A stretch of 30,989 nucleotides of DNA, taken from the NCBI GenBank assembly GCA_041946805.1, contig JBHGBC010000058.1, positions 1-30,989 on the forward strand. Reading direction: 5' to 3'. Shown piece after piece: positions 27,002-30,989 of this stretch. Source of the DNA: a bacterium (GTDB lineage: Bacteria > Hinthialibacterota > Hinthialibacteria > Hinthialibacterales > Hinthialibacteraceae). Made by a program: the position numbers and the translations under genes. How positions within the stretch are numbered: the first letter of the stretch is position 1; each line of letters begins with the position of its first letter. Below the pieces are notes generated by a model. It saw only the letters and a program-made list of their open reading frames with translations. It was not told the DNA's origin and ran no database searches.

Positions 27002-29050
27002 ATGGCCATTCGACGAACCATAGGATTTGGATTATTCTTCGGACTCCTGGTCATGCTGACCCGCGCCTACTCGTCCCCGGCTCCCGTCCCGCTGCGGCTT
27101 TACGTTTCTCCGGCCGGAAACGACGCCTGGACGGGCAAGATTCCCGCGCCCAACGATTCCCAAACCGACGGGCCGTTCGCCACGCTGGAAAGAGCCCGCG
27201 ACGCGGTCCGTGAAATCAAGCAAGCGGGACGGCTGCCGGACGGGGGCGTCCACGTCATGGTCCGGAACGGCGTCTATTCCTTGGATCGGCCCTTCGAGTT
27301 GAATGAACCAGATTCCGGAACCGAAACCGCGCCTATCGTGTATATGGCATACCCGGGTGAAGAGGCGCGCCTGTCCGGTGGTAAGGCCGTCACTGGATTC
27401 CAGCCGGTCACGGAAGAGGCCGTCTTGCAGCGATTGGATGAGCCGGCGCGGGGGAACGTGCTGCAGGCTGATCTGAAGAAGGCCGGCGTCACGGATTGCG
27501 GGCCCGCCAACGAGGGCGGCGCGGAGGTGTTCTGCAATGACGCGCCCATGACCTTGGCGCGTTGGCCGAACGAGGGATTCACCCGCATCGTGGATCTGGT
27601 CGTGGAGGATGGCCACCAAATCCACGGCAACCGCGGGAGCCAGGTAGGCCAATTCAAATACGAAGGCGACCGCCCGGCGCGCTGGGTGGGTGAAAAAGAT
27701 CCCTGGCTGCATGGCTACTGGTTCTGGGATTGGTCCGACCAGCGCCAACGGATCGCGTCCATCGACACCGCCAACGCCGTCATCTCGCTGGCGACCCCGT
27801 ATCACGGCTACGGCTACCGCAAAGGCCAGTGGTATTACGCGTTCAACATGCTGAGTGAGCTGGACGCGCCCGGCGAGTGGTACATCGACCGCGTGCGAGG
27901 CATTCTCTATTTCTGGCCGCCGGAGCCCGCCGATGCCGCGAAGACCGTGGTCTCCGTGTTGCCTCATCTGATCGGGATGAAAGATGTCTCGCATGTCGCG
28001 TTCCGTGGATTCATTCTCGAGGCGGCGCGGAGCACGGCGGTCGAGGTATCGGGAGGGAAGGGCGTCGAGCTCACCGGTTGCGTTATCCGCAACGCTGGGG
28101 GATGGGCGGCGAATCTTTCGGGGACGGATCACCGCGTGGTGGACTGCGAGATCTATCTCACCGGCGGCGGAGGCGTTTCCCTCACGGGCGGTGACCGCCA
28201 CACCCTTAAGCCGGGCAACCTGGTGGCGGAAAACAATGAAATCCACCACTACGGCCGGATCAACCGGATGTACACGCCCGGCCTCTCGCTCAACGGCGTG
28301 GGCCTGCGCGCGGCGCACAACCTGATCCACTCCGCGCCCCACATGGCCATTCAGTTCGGCGGCAACGAGCACGTGATCGAATTCAACGAGATCCACCACG
28401 TCTGCCTGGAATCGAACGACGCCGGGGCCATCTACGCGGGCCGCGACTGGACCATGCGCGGCAACGTAATCCGCCACAACTACCTGCACCACATCACTGG
28501 TTTCGAGGACCGGGGCTGCGTGGGTGTGTACCTGGACGACATGTTCGCCTCCGCGGACATCGTGGGGAATGTCTTCTACCAAGTGACGCGGGCCGCGTTC
28601 ATCGGCGGCGGGCGGGACTGCACGGTGGAGAACAACATTTTCGTGGATTGCCGGCCCGCGCTGCACGTGGACGCCCGCGCCCTCAACTGGGCCGCCTATC
28701 ACGCCGACGAATGGATCAAGGAGGCCGGCGAAAAGGGCACCCTGCTGGGAATCGCCTATAACCAGCCGCCCTACAGCGAGCGCTACCCGAAACTGGTGAA
28801 TATTCTGGACGAGAATCCCAAGGCCCCCGTGGGCAATGTCATCGCGCGCAATATCTGCTGGGGCGGAAAGTGGGACGAGATCGAGGAAATCGCCCGCCCG
28901 CTGCTGAAATTCCAGGACAACCTCATCGATGTGGATCCGCTCTTCGCCGATGCCGCAAGGCAGGATTTCCGCCTGAAGAGCGGCTCGCCCGCGTTCCAGG
29001 TCGGATTCAAGGAAATCCCCATCGAGCAAATCGGATTGCGAAAGAAATAG
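27002..29050 (+). CDS. Secreted right-handed beta-helix protein, GH141-like glycan-active enzyme
   Basis: Signal peptide, YVSPAGND...DGPFATLERARDAVR, ARWPN, ELDAPGEWY, DAGAIY, GVYLDD, DPLFAD...DFRL. Confidence 0.85.
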   Translation: MAIRRTIGFGLFFGLLVMLTRAYSSPAPVPLRLYVSPAGNDAWTGKIPAPNDSQTDGPFATLERARDAVREIKQAGRLPDGGVHVMVRNGVYSLDRPFELNEPDSGTETAPIVYMAYPGEEARLSGGKAVTGFQPVTEEAVLQRLDEPARGNVLQADLKKAGVTDCGPANEGGAEVFCNDAPMTLARWPNEGFTRIVDLVVEDGHQIHGNRGSQVGQFKYEGDRPARWVGEKDPWLHGYWFWDWSDQRQRIASIDTANAVISLATPYHGYGYRKGQWYYAFNMLSELDAPGEWYIDRVRGILYFWPPEPADAAKTVVSVLPHLIGMKDVSHVAFRGFILEAARSTAVEVSGGKGVELTGCVIRNAGGWAANLSGTDHRVVDCEIYLTGGGGVSLTGGDRHTLKPGNLVAENNEIHHYGRINRMYTPGLSLNGVGLRAAHNLIHSAPHMAIQFGGNEHVIEFNEIHHVCLESNDAGAIYAGRDWTMRGNVIRHNYLHHITGFEDRGCVGVYLDDMFASADIVGNVFYQVTRAAFIGGGRDCTVENNIFVDCRPALHVDARALNWAAYHADEWIKEAGEKGTLLGIAYNQPPYSERYPKLVNILDENPKAPVGNVIARNICWGGKWDEIEEIARPLLKFQDNLIDVDPLFADAARQDFRLKSGSPAFQVGFKEIPIEQIGLRKK

Positions 29051-29083
29051 CATTGGTTTGCCGATGTTCAACTCTGTCTTTTA

Positions 29084-29215
29084 AGACGGAGCGGCAAAAG
29101 TCACTTTATGATGGTGCAGATATCTTGTCTGCACAAAATATAGATGCAGGCGGGACGCCTGCGCGACAACAAATAGAACATTTCAGGAACATTTTCATTT
29201 TTAGCCGCCTCGTCT
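29084..29215. mobile_element. 132-bp MITE, copy 2, with an internal REP doublet
   Basis: Ends AGACGGAGCGGC...GCCGCCTCGTCT, flanked by a TTTA/TTTA direct repeat (29080-29083, 29216-29219); homologous to 6384-6515. Confidence 0.82.
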
Positions 29216-29243
29216 TTTAAGAGACATCTTCGTGTTTTAAACT

Positions 29244-29309
29244 AGCCCAGGGCTTTAGCCCTGGGACTGGAGTTTGGCTATCCGGAAGGCCCAGGGCTTC
29301 AGCTCTGGG
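29244..29309. repeat. Pair of REP-like hairpins resembling IS200/IS605 ends
   Basis: gcccagggctttagccctggg and gcccagggcttcagctctggg in direct orientation. Confidence 0.6.
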
Positions 29310-29345
29310 ACAACCTCCGCGCCCTCCGCGTCTTGGCGGTTATTG

Positions 29346-29378
29346 AAAAAAAATGCCCGGCGCTCATCCGCCGGGCAT
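29346..29378 (-). terminator. Rho-independent terminator after the riboswitch-controlled gene
   Basis: 10-bp stem atgcccggcg/cgccgggcat, 6-nt loop, followed by a T-tract on the minus strand. Confidence 0.85.
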
Positions 29379-29430
29379 GGGAATCAACAGCAAAAGGTAA
29401 GCCGGTAATTCCTGGCTTCCAACAGTGTCC

Positions 29431-30321
29431 TTAATTCAGTGGACAACCCAGGTTGTTGGCGCTGTCCAGTTCCGCGGCCAGGGTGAGCATTGTGGTCCGA
29501 TTGTTACTGGCAAGTGCGTCTTTCACATCATCAATGATTTCTTGGGGTGCATACGGATAATCAACATCTGGGTGGGAAGCGTTCAACAACGCCGCCACCG
29601 CAGCGCGCAGGAGGATCTTCGCACCGCCGGTGACACCGGAACCGCCGCCAAAGCTCAAAGCCTGCAACAATGTTTTTCCCATCAAGTCATCCAGAATACT
29701 AGGTAGATCATCACCGAATACATCGCTCACATATTCAGTAGGGCTATAGCCGGTGGCTACCCAAGAGTCCAGATGATTCTTCCAATACCCTGGCGTGCAG
29801 CCTTCGTAGTCGCAGCAATCATCGCCCGAGCAGATGGCGCCACGTACTGTAAATACGGCATCGTCGAAATCTCGATCGCCGCCACCAAAGGTATCCTCAA
29901 ATCTGATCGTGGCTGATCCGTCGGCATTCCAGGTCACATGGGCATGAATTAACCTATCCGGATTGCGCGAGCCCGGCCCTGTTAAAAAGAGTAGATGATC
30001 ATGAAAGATTTTAAAGATTAGCTCTGTCCCGCATGGATAATTACCTAGTGACAATGTTATAGTTGTACCCCAATCATTATATTCACTCCATGCAATATAA
30101 ATGTATTTTTTCAAAGGATCATCAGTCAGAGGATCAACCAGAAAAATATAATTGATTACGTTTGAGTTTGATGGATTTATCGTTATGGTAATGTCCCCCC
30201 CCGTCGTGTAAATGACGCCTCCGTTGGGGAAACCCTGCGCCTGGGAGGTGTTTCCAAGGGAAACCACCATCAACAAGCTGAGTACGGTGAGAACGATTGT
30301 ATTTGAGAATTTACGGTTCAT
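29431..30321 (-). CDS. Secreted protein (296 aa) with a DUF4114-like acidic domain and a C-terminal 'GCTPGYWKNH' domain
   Basis: GGAGG RBS before ATG 30321, signal peptide ending SQA-Q, FEDTFGGGDRDFDDAVF, GCTPGYWKNH...LLNAS...GCPLN; an in-frame upstream GTG at 30405 also has an RBS. Confidence 0.8.
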   Translation of the reverse strand: MNRKFSNTIVLTVLSLLMVVSLGNTSQAQGFPNGGVIYTTGGDITITINPSNSNVINYIFLVDPLTDDPLKKYIYIAWSEYNDWGTTITLSLGNYPCGTELIFKIFHDHLLFLTGPGSRNPDRLIHAHVTWNADGSATIRFEDTFGGGDRDFDDAVFTVRGAICSGDDCCDYEGCTPGYWKNHLDSWVATGYSPTEYVSDVFGDDLPSILDDLMGKTLLQALSFGGGSGVTGGAKILLRAAVAALLNASHPDVDYPYAPQEIIDDVKDALASNNRTTMLTLAAELDSANNLGCPLN

Positions 30322-30566
30322 AATACGGCCTCCGATTAAGATAGTAGTTTCAGTTTTGCGTCCCCTCGCCCTATGGCATAAAATTTCAATGCAACGATAA
30401 TGCACTTCAGCCTCCTTTCCGGCAAATTTTAGATAACAAAAGTAACATCGCTTCGATTATTGGCAATTGTCCACTCTTGCGCGATTTGCGCTTTCACACC
30501 CCCCTTTCCTGGCTGGATCCGGCATGTAAGGTTCCTCGCCTGTCTGGCTTGTTGCCGGAACACATT

Positions 30567-30617
30567 ACAAAGCAAGACAGCCGGATTACCTGATTCCTTC
30601 AGGCAACCCGGCTGTCT
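30567..30617 (-). terminator. Riboswitch expression-platform terminator
   Basis: 19-bp stem AGACAGCCGGGUUGCCUGA/UCAGGUAAUCCGGCUGUCU (2 G-U pairs), followed by UGCUUUGU; the 5' arm is the aptamer 3' end. Confidence 0.75.
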
Positions 30618-30690
30618 CGAGAATACGTTCTGTCTGGAGACCCGTGGCTTTCTGCCCCGGCCTCGCGGCCGGTTTAGCTTTTTTGCTGGT
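30599..30690 (-). ncRNA. Cyclic di-GMP-I (GEMM-I) riboswitch aptamer
   Basis: Minus strand GCUAAA-CCGGCC-GCGA-GGCCGG-GGCAGAAAGCCACGGGUCUC...GAGACAGCCGGGUUGCC: P2 with GNRA tetraloop, P3, and compensatory C21-G46/U22-A45 relative to Vc2. Confidence 0.92.
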
Positions 30691-30989
30691 AACTATGGAA
30701 CTGTGAGTATTCCCCCCTGATATATAGTAATAATTAACTCACTTTCCATTTAGATCAATAGGAAATCTCTTTATTTTGCTGTCATGTTTTGGCTTTGACG
30801 CCAGCGGGTGAATCCCTTACAGGAGAGATCAAGGCAGAAGAACAAATAAGCCTAATCTGTAGAATAATAAGGAGTTAGTTGACCGGCCGATGTAAGACAA
30901 TCCCCTACATGGCGCGGGATCAAGTCCCTGATGAAAACCGATGGGGGAGGGAATGCCGCGATGGGGCGGAGGTGAATCACGGCCCACAA

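Noticed and set aside
27032..29071. 679-aa minus-strand ORF
   Set aside because: Antisense shadow of the high-GC beta-helix gene; no recognisable motifs
30599..30690. Assignment as a 3',3'-cGAMP-specific riboswitch
   Set aside because: The position-20 equivalent is G rather than A, so c-di-GMP is the default call

Overview
GC-rich bacterial chromosomal window. Left to right: the 3' part of a large Pro/Thr-linker protein with three repeated beta-sandwich-like domains, a secreted beta-helix protein, a polytopic membrane protein (GT-C-like), and a minus-strand secreted LRR + FG-GAP/VCBS protein. A ~2.4 kb apparently non-coding gap follows, then a surface-polysaccharide cluster (O-antigen ligase/Wzy-like, GT4, CE4-like deacetylase, WecG/TagA, NDP-sugar epimerase/dehydratase, WecB). 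Next come nikR with a His-rich RcnA/NiCoT-type transporter fused to a periplasmic domain, a PilH/PilI/PilG(Xap)-like ABC trio, rsfS, a YvyF-like Zn-ribbon gene, a second beta-helix protein, and a lower-GC secreted protein under a c-di-GMP-I (GEMM) riboswitch. Most notable non-coding observations: two 132-bp copies of a MITE with terminal inverted repeats, 4-bp flanking duplications and an internal REP doublet; seven BoxC-like repeats; a candidate NikR operator overlapping the transporter's -10 box; and an ON-type riboswitch terminator followed by a possible uORF. No rRNA, tRNA, CRISPR array, transposase or reverse transcriptase was seen. All family calls come from motif recognition by eye, with no database searches.
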